This document shows, one piece after another, positions 25,876 through 38,691 of a DNA stretch of 64,000 nucleotides. A model generated the notes under the pieces. That model was not told where the DNA came from and ran no database searches. It was given only the letters and a program-made list of their open reading frames with translations. The translations under genes were made by a program, and so were the position numbers. Location of the stretch: contig OX597819.1 of NCBI GenBank assembly GCA_951406725.2, forward strand, positions 94,240,001-94,304,000, written 5' to 3'. The DNA comes from Octopus vulgaris (taxonomy: Eukaryota). Numbering within the stretch: position 1 is the first letter of the stretch; every line of letters starts with the position of its first letter.

Positions 25876-28800
25876 TCATCATCATCATCATCATCATTTA
25901 ACGTCCGCTTTCCATGCTAGCATGAGTTGGACGGTTCAACTGGGGTCTGGGGAGCCCGAAGGCTGCACCAGGCCAGTCAGATCTGGCAGTGTTTCTACAG
26001 CTGGATGCCCTTCCTAACGCCAACCACTCCGAGAGTGTAGTGGGTGATTTTATGTGCCACCGACACAGGTGCCAGACGAGGCTGGCGAACGGCCATGCTC
26101 GGATGGTGTTTTTATGTGCCACCGACACAGGTGCCAGACGAGGCTGACGAACGGCCACGATCGGATGGTGTTTCTTACGTGCCCACAGCACGGAGGCCAG
26201 TCGATGCGGTACTGGCTACGGCCACGTTCGGATGGTTTTCTTGTGTGCCACCGGCACTGGTACCACAAAGATACAAATTCCATTGATGTTCATCTATTTT
26301 GATTTGATTTGATTTGATTTTCACTTGCCTCAACAGGTCTTCACAAGTGTCACAAGAAGGAAGGAAGGTATGCACAGGTGAACTGACAACGTCCCAGGTA
26401 GGGGCCACGGGTTATGGCCTGACTAGTCTTGCCGGGTCTTCGGATGATGTTTTTATGTGCCTCCGACACAGGTGCCAGATGGATGGTGTTTGTTACGTGC
26501 CCACAGCACGGAGGCCAGTCGATGCGGTACTGGCTACGGCCACGTTCGGATGGTTTTCTTGTGTGCCACCGGCACTGGTACCACAAAGATACAAATTCCA
26601 TTGATGTTCATCTATTTTGATTTGATTTGATTTGATTTGATCACTTGTCTCAACAGGTCTTCACAAGTGTCACAAGAAGGAAGGTATGCACAGGTTGACT
26701 GACTACGTCCCAGGTAGAGGCCACGGGTTATGGCCTGACTAGTCTTGCCGGGTCTTCGGATGGTGTTTTTATGTGCCACCGACACAGGAGCCAGATGAGG
26801 CTGGCGAACGGCCACGATCGGATGGTGTTTGTTATGAGCCCACAGCACAGAGGCCAGTCGATGCGGTACTGGCTACGGCCATGTTCGGATGGTTATCTTG
26901 TGTGCCACCGGCCCTGGTACCACAAAGATACAAATTCCATTGATGTTCATCTATTTTGATTTGTTTCGATTTGATCACTTGCCTCAACAGGTCTTCACAA
27001 GTGTCACAAGAAGGAAGGTATGCACAGGCGGACTGACTACGTCCCAGGTAGGGGCCACGGGTTATGGCCTGACTAGTCTTGCCGGGTCTTCAGATGGTGT
27101 TTTTATGTGCCACCGACACAGGTGCCTGATGAGGCTGGCGAACGGACATGATCGGATGGTGTTTGTTACGTGCCCACAGCACGGAGGCCAGTCGATGCGG
27201 TACTGGCTACGGCCACGTTCGGATGGTTTTCTTGTGTGCCACCGGCACTGGTACCATAAAGATACAAATTCCATTGATGTTCATCTATTTTATTTTGATT
27301 TTCACTTTCACTTGCCTCAAAAGGTCTTCACAAGTGTCACAAGAAGGAAGGTATGCATAGGTGGACTGACTACGTCCCAGGTTGGGGCCACGGATTATGG
27401 CCTGACTAGTCTTGCCGGGTCTTCGGATGGTGTTTTTATGTGCCACCGACACAGGTGCCTGATGAGGCTGGCGAACGGACATGATCGGATGGTGTTTGTT
27501 ACGTGCCCACAGCACGGAGGCCAGTCAAAGCAGTACTGGCTACGGCCACGTTCGGATGGTTTTCTTGTGTGCCACCGGCACTGGTACCACAAAGATACAA
27601 ATTCCATTGATATTCATCTATTTTGATTTGTTTTGATTTGATTTTCACTTGCCTCAACAGGTCTTCACAAGTGTCACAAGAAGGGAGGTATGCACAGGTG
27701 GACTGACTACGTCCCAGGTAGGGGCCACGGGTTATGGCCTGACTAGTCTTGCCGGGTCTTCGGATGGTGTCTTTATGTGCCACCGACACAGGTGCCGGAT
27801 GAGGCTGGCGAACGGCCACGATCGGATGGTGTTTGCTATGTGCCCACAGCACGGAGGCCAGTCGATGCGGTACTGGCTACGGCCACGTTCGGATGGTTTT
27901 ATTGTGTGCCACCGGCACTGGTAACAAAGATACAAATTCCATTGATGATCATCTATTTTATTTTGATTTTCACTTTCACTTGCCTCAACAGGTCTTCACA
28001 AGTGTCACAAGAAGGGAGGTATGCACAGGTGGACTGACTACGCCCCAGGTAGGGGCCACGGGTTATGGCCTGACTAGTCTTGCCGGGTCTTCGGATGGTG
28101 TCTTTATGTGCCACCGACACAGGTGCCAGATGAGGCTGGCGAACGGCCACGATCGGATGGTGTTTGCTATGTGCCCACAGCACGGAGGCCAGTCGATGCG
28201 GTACTGGCTACGGCCACGTTCGGATGGTTTTATTGTGTGCCACCGGCACTGGTAACAAAGATACAAATTCCATTGATGATCATCTATTTTATTTTGATTT
28301 TCACTTTCACTTGCCTCAACAGGTCTTCACAAGTGTCACAAGAAGGGAGGTATGCACAGGTGGACTGACTACGCCCCAGGTAGGGGCCACGGGTTATGGC
28401 CTGACTAGTCTTGCCGGGTCTTCGGATGGTGTCTTTATGTGCCACCGACACAGGTGCCAGATGAGGCTGGCGAACGGCCACGATCGGATGGTGTTTGCTA
28501 TGTGCCCACAGCACGGAGGCCAGTCGATGCGGTACTGGCTACGGCCACGTTCGGATGGTTTTCTTGTGTGCCACCGGCACTGGTAACAAAGATACAAATT
28601 CCATTGATGATCATCTATTTTATTTTGATTTTCACTTTCACTTGCCTCAACAGGTCTTCACAAGTGTCACAAGAAGGAAGGTATGCACAGGTGGACTGAC
28701 TACGTCCCAGGTAGGGGCCACAGGTTATGGCCTGACTACTCTTGCCGGGTCTTCTCACGCACAGCATACTTCCATAGGTCTCGGTCTCTAGTCATTTCCT

Positions 28801-29044
28801 TGGTGAGACCTAAAGTTCGAAGGTCGTGCTTCACCACCTCGTCCCAGGTTTTCCTGGGTCTACCTCTTCCACAGGTTCCCTCAACTGCTAGGGTGTAGCA
28901 CTTTTGCACACAACTATCTACAGCCATTCTCGTCACATGACCATACCAGCGCAGCCGTCTCTCTTGCACACCACAATTGACGCTTCTTAGGTTTAACTTT
29001 TCTCTCAAGGTACTTACACTCTGACGATTATGAACACTGACATT
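25876..29044 (-). mobile_element. 5'-truncated RTE-clade LINE with tandemly amplified 3' UTR and (TGA)n tail
   Basis: 28736-29044 encodes the RTE ORF C-terminus (RRLRWYGHV…GRGRPRKTW…DRDLWK) and aligns with the copy at 44251-46043. (CAT)n tail on + at 25876-25897. Confidence 0.9.
26100..28753. repeat. Tandem array of 8 units, 316-341 bp (last three 331 bp)
   Basis: Units start at 26100, 26441, 26757, 27091, 27424, 27761, 28092, 28423, with recurrent junction gccgggtctt|cggatgg. Confidence 0.97.
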
Positions 29045-29400
29045 TTATTAAATTCCTTGTTATATTTGATATAATTGAAAGAAACACAGAACATCTCAAA
29101 ATAAATACAGTAACAAAAGGGTTAAACATCAACATGTTTAAATGATTAAATGTTCACAAAATTCGATGGCAACGATCACGCTCAGATGGTGCTCTTAATA
29201 CCCTACTAGCACGGGGCTTGAGTGCCAGTAGTGCGATGCTGGTAACGATCATGCTCGAATGATGCCTTTTATGTGCCACTGGTACGGAAGCCGCTCTGTC
29301 AATGATCACACTTGTATGGTGCTCTTTGCATCCTGCTAGCATGGATACCAGTCATATAATGGTGCTGATCAGTGTCATCAGAGCTTTGGTTATATTTCAG

Positions 29401-29620
29401 GCGGCGCGCTGGCAGAACCGCTAGTACGCCGGGCGACATGCTTAGCTGTATTTCGTCTGCCGTTACGTTCTGAGTTCAAATTCCGCCAAGGTTGACTTTG
29501 CCTTTCATCCTTTCGGGGTTGATAAATTAAGTACCAGTTACGCACTGGGGTCGATATAATCGACTTAATCCGTTTGTTTGCCCTCTCTGTGTTTAGCCCC
29601 TTGTGGGTAGTAAAGAAATA
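29401..29620 (+). mobile_element. Young tRNA-derived SINE (family B) with 13-bp TSD
   Basis: ggttatatttcag at 29388-29400 and 29621-29633. A-box-like ctggcagaa, B-box gttcaaattcc, core gcctttcatcctttcggggttgataaa. Older copies near 17760, 18835, 21960, 34600, 36080, 49300, 50640, 51335, 52443, 52660, 61580, 63710. Confidence 0.9.
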
Positions 29621-29622
29621 GG

Positions 29623-30372
<750 letters not shown>

Positions 30373-30590
30373 CTAGCATGGGTTGGACGGTTCGACCAGG
30401 GATCTGGGAAGCCAGAAGGCTGCACCAGGCTCCAGTCTGATCTGGCAGTGTTTCAACAGCTGGATGCCCTTCCTAACGCCAACCACTCCGTGAGTGTAGT
30501 GGGTGCTTTTTACGTGCAACCTGCACAGGTGCCAGGTGAGGCTGGCAATGGCCACGGTCGGATTGGTGCATTTTACGTGCCACCGGCATG

Positions 30591-30621
<31 letters not shown>

Positions 30622-30818
30622 ATTAGGGCTTAGTAAAATAAATTACTTTGCCACATACTGAACTTAGTAGAAATAGCAGCCAAAAAAAATTTTCTTAGCA
30701 TTTCTACAACTTAAAGAAAATTTCTCTCAGATAATGTTTACTCTAGACAGCCCACGAAGGTTTGGAGGTAAATACAGAAAAATATCACAAGTACATAGAT
30801 CGTTTGAGTACGTCAACG

Positions 30819-30842
<24 letters not shown>

Positions 30843-30852
<10 letters not shown>

Positions 30853-31052
30853 TAAATTAGAGACAAAACCACTATTAGGCAAATCATACAATGAAAAACT
30901 TAAGCCAATACATAAGATTATTTAATTTATATTATTTAAATATACAACAAAATTATTAAAAAAATATAAATTAAATAATCTTATGTTTGGCTTAAGTTTT
31001 TCATTGTATGATTTGCCTAATAGTGGTTTTGTCTCTAAGTTAATATAATATA
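30843..31052. repeat. Near-perfect inverted repeat, ~90-bp arms, in a (TA)n-flanked insert
   Basis: attagagacaaaaccactattaggcaaatcatacaatgaaaaacttaagccaa vs ttggcttaagtttttcattgtatgatttgcctaatagtggttttgtctctaa. Confidence 0.92.
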
Positions 31053-31130
31053 ATATTTTACTATAAAATTGGATTCAATCCTAAATCTGATTTTTCCCTG
31101 TAAGTTTGGATTTATTCCCTAATATTTATC

Positions 31131-31190
<60 letters not shown>

Positions 31191-31218
31191 GTACATATAT
31201 ACATACATACATACATGC

Positions 31219-31280
<62 letters not shown>

Positions 31281-32969
31281 GTGGGGTTAGGGTATGTAAG
31301 CATGACAGTATGCAATGTTATTGTTGCTTAACCCTGAGTCAACTTTGATTAGCCAGACCTATTTTCAAAGGCATTCCAGTTGTAATCATCCCCATCTTTT
31401 TGGGGGTTTATCTAGATCTATCTTTATATAATGCTTGTGATTCCTCTTTAAGATGGCAGATATAATTTCTAGGTTTTTGGCTAATATTTCTAGCAGGTCA
31501 AGTGACCACTTAGAAGCTACATTATTAACTCATATGTATGGACATGTGTATGTTATGCATGCAGGCACAAAGTGTGTGTGTGTGTGGCGTGCATATGTGT
31601 GTGCACTTACTTACATGCAGTGTATGCATGTGTTTGCACGCTTGTGGTGCATGTTTGTTGGGGTGGGGTTGCATGTGTTGTATTCATGTAACAGCTTTTC
31701 TTTTAAACATGCATTATTAAAAATACAACTACATTTCAATTTTAAACTTTTTATTAAATTACTCAGCAACATCATAATTATCAACATCATCATCATCATC
31801 ATCGTCGTTGTCGTCATCATAATCATCATCATCATAATCCTCACCATCATCATTATCACCATCATCATCATCAGGTTTAAGTTCAGTTTACCATGCTGGT
31901 ATAAGCTGAATGAGATTATTTTAAGGCACTGTTTGACAGCTAAATAGCTATCTTCACACTAACCCTTTAAATAGCTTCATACAGCATACAGGGGAGGCAA
32001 TGTAAAAGGATAAAGGTAAAGACCTCCTTCAGTCATGAATATGAGGCAATGTAAAAAGGATAAAGGTAAAGACCTCCTTCAGTCATGAATATGGGATTGC
32101 ACCTAGAAGTTTGATCAAGGTTGTTTATGAAAGACTAGCAATCGCCCATGCACATCAACCTTGCCTCTACACACTACTGATGTTATCCAAGGGAAAGGCA
32201 AAGGCTGATACAGCTTGGCACCAGTGACATCACAACTCATTTCTACAGCTGAGTAAACTGGAGCAACGTGAAATAAAGGAAGGATGCATTAGATCATATG
32301 ATTCTGAGTTTCCAGACTGAAAGTAAGACAGGATGGTTACAGCTGGAGCACATTTGATAACATGTTTGCCCAGTCAGAGCTGACCTGGATTTGCTGACAA
32401 GGCTGTATGACCTGCATCGCAGGAAAAGGATAAAGGAAAAAAAATAGCATCACTGACATATCTTTTAAGGTCATATTAACCTCAACTCAAACTTAATTCA
32501 ATAGACTTCTGATCACAGGCATTGGAATCATGACCACCTAATCTTTTTCTCATATTAGATTATATAATTTTTACCTTTTTGTTTGTAATGCACAACAGTG
32601 TGGTTTGGTGGAAACTTGACTGTTATTCCTAATGGGTCACATGACCAAATAAAGGATCCCTCCATTAAGCTTGTCGATCATTGTCAATCTGCTGACATCA
32701 GATTATTCAGTTTTTGAAACACACCAACTTTTTGAGCAAGTTGTAATGTTGGCAGCTGCAGTAGCAAAAGTGGTGCTACTACTGTTCCATTCTACGGTTG
32801 TGTACAAGTTATATACATCAATAGAAGAATATAACACTTAATCTAAAATGAAATCTAAAATAAATCAAAAAGTGATGTTGGGAATTCTTTTTCTTTTCCT
32901 ATTTTTATTTTTAATATCGTCATATTTATTAAATTCTTTCGCATTAACTTTTATCTTTTATACTTTTAG

Positions 32970-33154
32970 GTTCTGGCCAAAGGCTGGATAATAGGAAGAC
33001 ATGCATATTTGAAAAGTGGCTGGAATATAATGGATGGTTTTTTAGTAATTATTTCCCTTATCGACATCACTATCTCTTGTACGGCACAGAGTAGTCCAAG
33101 AATCTTTGGAATTTTACGAGTGTTTAGATTGCTACGAACCCTGAGGCCACTACG
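32970..33154 (+). CDS. Cav3: Cav3 exon, IIIS3-S4 (VLAKGWIIGRHAYLKSGWNIMDGFLVIISLIDITISCTAQSSPRIFGILRVFRLLRTLRPL-R)
   Basis: tttag|…|gtaagc, 185 nt, phase 0 to 2. WN.MD S3 motif and RxxRxxRxxR voltage sensor. Confidence 0.98.
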
Positions 33155-34333
33155 GTAAGCTATGGAAAGCATTTTATGAATTGACCAAGTATTTCATTAG
33201 TTACTGTTTCCATGGATGTATCTATTTGTATAACATGTTCTTTCACATGAAAAGATCTTAGCTGCCAAATCTTGCGAGTTTCTTAATCAGCTTTGGCATT
33301 GCATTTTCCTGCAGCAATAGTTATTTCTCAGATCTTAATCACTGAATTGGTGAAATGTTTTTCTATACTATTTCCAGGTTTATCTCATTAATAAAACAGT
33401 AGTAAGAACCAAGAAAAAAAGAATTAAACATTCTTGCAAGCTAATATTAAACAGTTCTTTCATCGGTTGCTCACAGTTAGCCAATGAAGCAACAATGTTT
33501 TTTTTTTTTATTTTCCATTTAGTTATTCAATTATTACAAGAAGATAAATTAAGTAGTATTAAAAAGAAGAAAGGGGTGGAAAAAAAAAACCTATACAGAA
33601 GATAGATAATCTTAATAAAAAGTGATTTTACTATGAGAAGCTATGAAAGTAATTATAATGAAATAAGAAAATCACCAATACAGCATTGAAGAATTAATGA
33701 AGAGTAAGTCACTGAGATACTTATTGATTTCCAGTCAGTTTGATACATTGCTAATACATCAATCCTTCCTTACTATCCTCTGTGCTGCCGGTAAACCCTT
33801 GTTTATTTCTATGTTTTACCTTTTCCTTTCTTTCAAAAATGTGATGAAATAGAAAGGGTAAAAGGATAGGAACAGACATTCTATAAGCTGATATTGTATT
33901 TTCTTATCCATATAATACTCGTGAGTTTTCTCCTTAAATATATTTTTTGTAAGGCTTCACAACCTACGTGATTGTTAGGGACTAAATGAACCCTTTTTCT
34001 TCATGTAATAACTGAAGGGAAGCATATAGGTGTCGATTTCCATTTGCCTTTTCCCAGCCCACAAGAGGATATTAATTCAGCCCACTAAATTAAGAAACCG
34101 TATTTATCAATTATTTGGTGCTTTCACTGCTATGCGCATTGAACTGAACCTTTCTGTAAATTAATTTCCAGCTTACTTATTAGGCAATTTGAGTTTTAAG
34201 TGCCTTTACCAGTATGTCTTAAAACTGACATCCAATCAAGTGACTTTTTATTTGTGTTGAGAGATCTATAAATTAAATTCTACATTATTCATTATCTTTT
34301 AAATATGCTTAGGGCTGGAACTTGGCAGAGTCA

Positions 34334-34561
34334 TTAGCCCTTTAGCATTTAAACAGACCATCTCCAGCCCAAATATTCTATCTGTTTTATGATCAAACTG
34401 GCTTAATCCAACTTCTCACATCTGATTGCCAATGTCATTCTAAAAACAAATAATCACATCATCACAGTCTCAAAGCTATGAGACAATGCATGATGTCTTT
34501 AAAAGAATCTGAATAAATAAGCATTACATTTGACAGAATAATCTGAAAACTAAAGGGTTAA
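34334..34561. mobile_element. Second copy of the TTAA-flanked MITE, nested in a family B SINE
   Basis: ttagccctttagcatt…aaactaaagggttaa. Reverse-complement homology to 18528-18756. Confidence 0.7.
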
Positions 34562-34981
34562 AGTGTGTGATGAAATTCTTTGAGGTATATGTTCCAGCTT
34601 TCTTCAATGCTGAGTTCAAATCTTGCCAAGGTTAACTTTGCCTTTCCTCTTTTGGGGGATCAATAAATAAAATGCCAGTCAAAAGTGGTGGATTAAAAGA
34701 ATTCTTAGAGAAAAGGATGTGATGTCTTGCAGTGTTTGTTCTGGCTCTTTACATTCTGAGTTCAAATTCCACTTTCAGCCACCAAACGCCTTGTTGCAAA
34801 TAATAAGGCCATTGAGGCTTGATTAACAGTGATTGGCCTCTGTTGTTAGAGGGAGAGATGCATTGGTTGAAGCAACATCTCAGTTGCATCAATATGCAAA
34901 ACACAGCTGCTGCAGTAACAAGATAAATGCTAGGAGAGAAAAAAAAAACTTTTTTTAATATTTCTTCTCATTATTTTTCAG

Positions 34982-35108
34982 AGTGATCAGCCGAGCACCA
35001 GGGTTAAAATTAGTAGTGCAGACTCTATTGTCTTCTCTGAGACCGATTGGAAACATCGTGCTTATATGTTGCACATTCTTTATCATATTTGGAATTTTAG
35101 GTGTGCAA
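34982..35108 (+). CDS. Cav3: Cav3 exon, IIIS4-S5 ([42 protein letters not shown])
   Basis: ttttcag|…|gtaagt, 127 nt, phase 2 to 0. Close to the Cav3 IIIS5 consensus. Confidence 0.98.
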
Positions 35109-36192
35109 GTAAGTGTTATTTGTTTTAAGTACAAATATTTCCTCTTCTTCATGTTCATATGAAATACAACATTCTTTCATTACTACGTCTTTCAGAGCAT
35201 TGCTACAATTCTAACCTTTTCTACCATCATTAAAAACGATAAACGTCACCCTTTTCAAGCCTAGCCAGGCTCATGGGCCCAATTTCTGTGGTGTGTGTGT
35301 TCCCCCAACTGGACGGGACATCAGTCCATTGCAGCGTTACTCAAGAAACAGGAAGAGAGAGTGAGAGAAAGTTGTGGTGAAAGAGTACAACAGGGGTTGC
35401 CACCACCCCCTGCTGGAGCCTCGTGGAACTTTTAGGTGTTTTTGCTCAATAAACACACACAACGCCCGGTCTGGGAATCGAAATCGCAATCCTCTGACCG
35501 CGAGTCCACTGCCCTAACTACTGGGCCATTGTGCCTCCATTCTATCATCATTAATGACTTTTTATTTCTTGAATACTAGTTGGGATGGTGAAGACAGAGC
35601 ATGATCTTAGGTTTTTATATCTAGCAATATTTAACAAGTTAAACCTCTGTTGAAACACCAACAACATTTCTTTACAGTTGTAGTGCATAATAAAGGTGTT
35701 TGACCTACTGGTAAAGGTGTTGAGCTCCTCACAATCATTAGATTGTTATATGGTGCCCTTGAGCACTTTATTTCCAATTTACAGCTGAAGTGAGAAGAAA
35801 TTGAGTATTAGTGCAGCCCTCTCTTCCTCCTACTGTCACATTCTGGATGTTTTGCTGAGTAAGCTGTGAGAGGGTCAAGAGGATGTTTGCAGTTGTTTAT
35901 GACTACATAGCACCTAAAACAGTGAGCAAAATCATGGTACATGCTACCAAATCATACTTACTTGCAACACTGACAGCTATGGATTTTTTGTAGCATATAA
36001 TTTTGATTTATCTTAATTGAGGATGGCTTCAACTAGATATTGAAGCAGTGGTATATTATGACAGCTTTTGTCTCATATAAGATGGTGAATTGATAAAGGT
36101 GGTGAAGCAGCAGATAAAATTCTTCGCTGTATTTACTTACATCTCTTTATACTTTAAGTTCAAATCCTACCCAGATCGGCTTTGTTTCCCAT

Positions 36193-36363
36193 CAATGCTG
36201 TCTTTAGGCAGGAGCACACTGGGCAATTGCCCAAAGACCTTAGAGGTCTAGGGGCCCTATTCTAATCTGTGTATGCTGTGGTTTGCTGTCTATAAATAAA
36301 TATTATAGGGCCCAGTTCATTGATTTACCTGGTGGGAGTTATAATACTGCTACACCGGCCCTG
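36193..36363. mobile_element. hAT-like MITE inserted in a family B SINE
   Basis: 3' end ccggccctg with a decayed 5' partner. The SINE core resumes after 36363 (cttttcatccttc…gataaaatacc). Confidence 0.5.
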
Positions 36364-37148
36364 CTTTTCATCCTTCAACAATTGATAAAATACCAGTCAA
36401 GTACAAGATTAAATTTAGTGACTTATACTCCTCTCTACAAAATCTGTAGCTTTGTGCCTGATAGATATCAACATCAATATGCATAATGGCCCATGTCATT
36501 CCTTTTAAACATCTGATTATTAAGCCAAACATTGGATAGCATCAAAAAACTTTAATACATTATATTTGATATTGGTTCATATATGGCATTCATTTTATGA
36601 TTTTACTGGTTCAACTCATAGGATTGTAACAAGAGTGTGACATCACCAGCAAGAAATTAGTTTATCACAGTGGCTCCTAAACTCATTCTGTCATGAAATC
36701 CATATACGGTTTTCCAAAAATCAAGGAAACCATAACTGTATTTCATAGACAAAACCCATTACCCTAATTTTAGACGTTAGATAAAACAAAAATTGTTTTA
36801 AAAAGAGAATTTATTAAAAAATATTTATGGAAATGGTGTATACCATTCTCATATAAAATATAATTTTATAGATTTATTTTTAAAAAACACTTCATCTTGT
36901 GAAATCAGAATGTAATTTGAGGAAATTGTTATATCATATCATCTCCACGTATTAGACATATTTCAGCCTAGTACTTATTTTATCATCTTCTAATCTCAAA
37001 CTGCTAAGTTATGGTGCACAAATGATGCAATTTAAAATTAACATTTTATTTAACTCAGTTTATATCCCAATGCAAACATGAGCACAGACAAAGATGCAGA
37101 TACACATACACATATGTATCCATACATATAAATACATACATACATACA

Positions 37149-37640
37149 TTTTTTTTTTTATGGCTGCCCCCTCGTTATCGAGTATGGCCATTGCACGAAG
37201 CTTAACTATTACTGGTGCTGCGATCGAATGTGACTTTTTAGCCCAGCTAAAGATCTACAATGTCTTGTACAGAATTGGCAACTAAAACCTTTACCGATTA
37301 TAGCCGGCTGTAGTTGTAACTGGGCTTCATGTACCTTTGCATGTCGCTTAAGTCCTCCTGCTGAATTATACTCTCTTCCACATACCCAACAGATATGTTT
37401 AGTATGGTGTGTTACACCACCACAAGTGGCCAGGTTGTCACTCATCTGTCTCATTTATGACTACGAAGATGACTCTTGAGTCCAGCTTTACTGAGGCAGG
37501 GTCTTGCACAGACATTGCATGTCAGCATCAAAGGAAGACCTTTCCCATCTGGAAGTGTAACAGCGATGCCCTTCCTGACATCTCTCCTTACTTTCTCATG
37601 TGCAACTCGAGATTTCTCAAAAGTGGCTGTCCCCTCGTAC
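37149..37640 (-). mobile_element. 3' end of an RTE-like LINE with three C-terminal C2H2 fingers and a poly(A) tail, in a (TACA)n tract
   Basis: CNVC…SHLRSH, CWVC…RHAKVH and CQFC…SHIRSQH in two frames separated by one frameshift. T-run at 37149-37159 on + is poly(A) on -. Confidence 0.7.
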
Positions 37641-38645
37641 ATATATACATTCATACATACATACATATTTCATGAGAATTAACAAAGTTACTATCTACTA
37701 CAAAACAGTGAGTAAATCAAGCCTGAGTCAACAACTTGTTATTAAATAGATCCAACTTCTACAATATGTGTATGTATGTGTATATATAAACAAGGACGAA
37801 ATTGCTACTTTCTTAAAATTGGGTACATTTAAATTTTCCTTTAATATTAATGCATTTACATGTGTCAGTTTTTGAAAAACCTTATCAAAAATATGTACTA
37901 AAATGGAATATGTAAAGAGAAAAGAGCTATTAATAAATTAAAATTAAAATTAAGATTAACATTCATAGTTTACTTTCTTTTTTCTTGCAAGAGCACGTGA
38001 TAATATCTGTTAGTACTGGTGGCATGACAAATTGAACTGACTGCAACTGCAAATTACAACTATCTTGATGGATGGATGGGTGGATGGATTGATTGATTTT
38101 TAATTAATTGATTCATTGATTGATTGACAAATACATATAGTGCCAATACATGAAACTCTTAACCTTTAAGACACTCTGTGACTTCTGCAGATTCAATAAA
38201 AAACATATATATTCATGTTTTGAGTTATATTTTCCTGTTTGTATCACCAAGCAGACACACATACACACACTCACATACACACATATAAGAGGGCAAGTTC
38301 CCAGTCAGCTAAATTCCACTCACAAGATATGGGCCAATTCAAAGTTTTAAGAGAAAACACTTGCCTAAGGGTCTCTGCTATATGATCAATGCAAGAACAA
38401 CGTTGCTGAGAAGCTACCATGTGTTAAACACAGAGCATTGCCTGTGCCTGATATGAAAGAGTGACAGACAGCAATTCAGCAGTAAATATCTTGCAAATGA
38501 AATCCACCTTGCAGTTATTCAGTGATCACTTGGAAAAACCAGATACTCATCACTAATTAGTTCTCTTTTGAGACTATATGGATGCTACAATTTTGCATCC
38601 TTATTTACCTTCTATCTGTCTGTCTTTCTCTCTTTATATATATGC

Positions 38646-38691
<46 letters not shown>

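Noticed and set aside
27120-27150. Hammerhead/retrozyme in the 331-bp unit (cctgatgaggctggcgaac)
   Set aside because: CTGATGA occurs in only 2 of 8 units and is followed by GAAC, not GAAA. The consensus forms a simple gccag/ctggc hairpin with no stems I/III.
26100-28753. CRISPR-like repeat-spacer array or protein-coding repeat (many overlapping ORFs)
   Set aside because: The intervening segments are themselves repeated, there are no cas genes and the context is eukaryotic. The unit matches an RTE 3' UTR, and the ORFs are by-products of GC-rich repeats.
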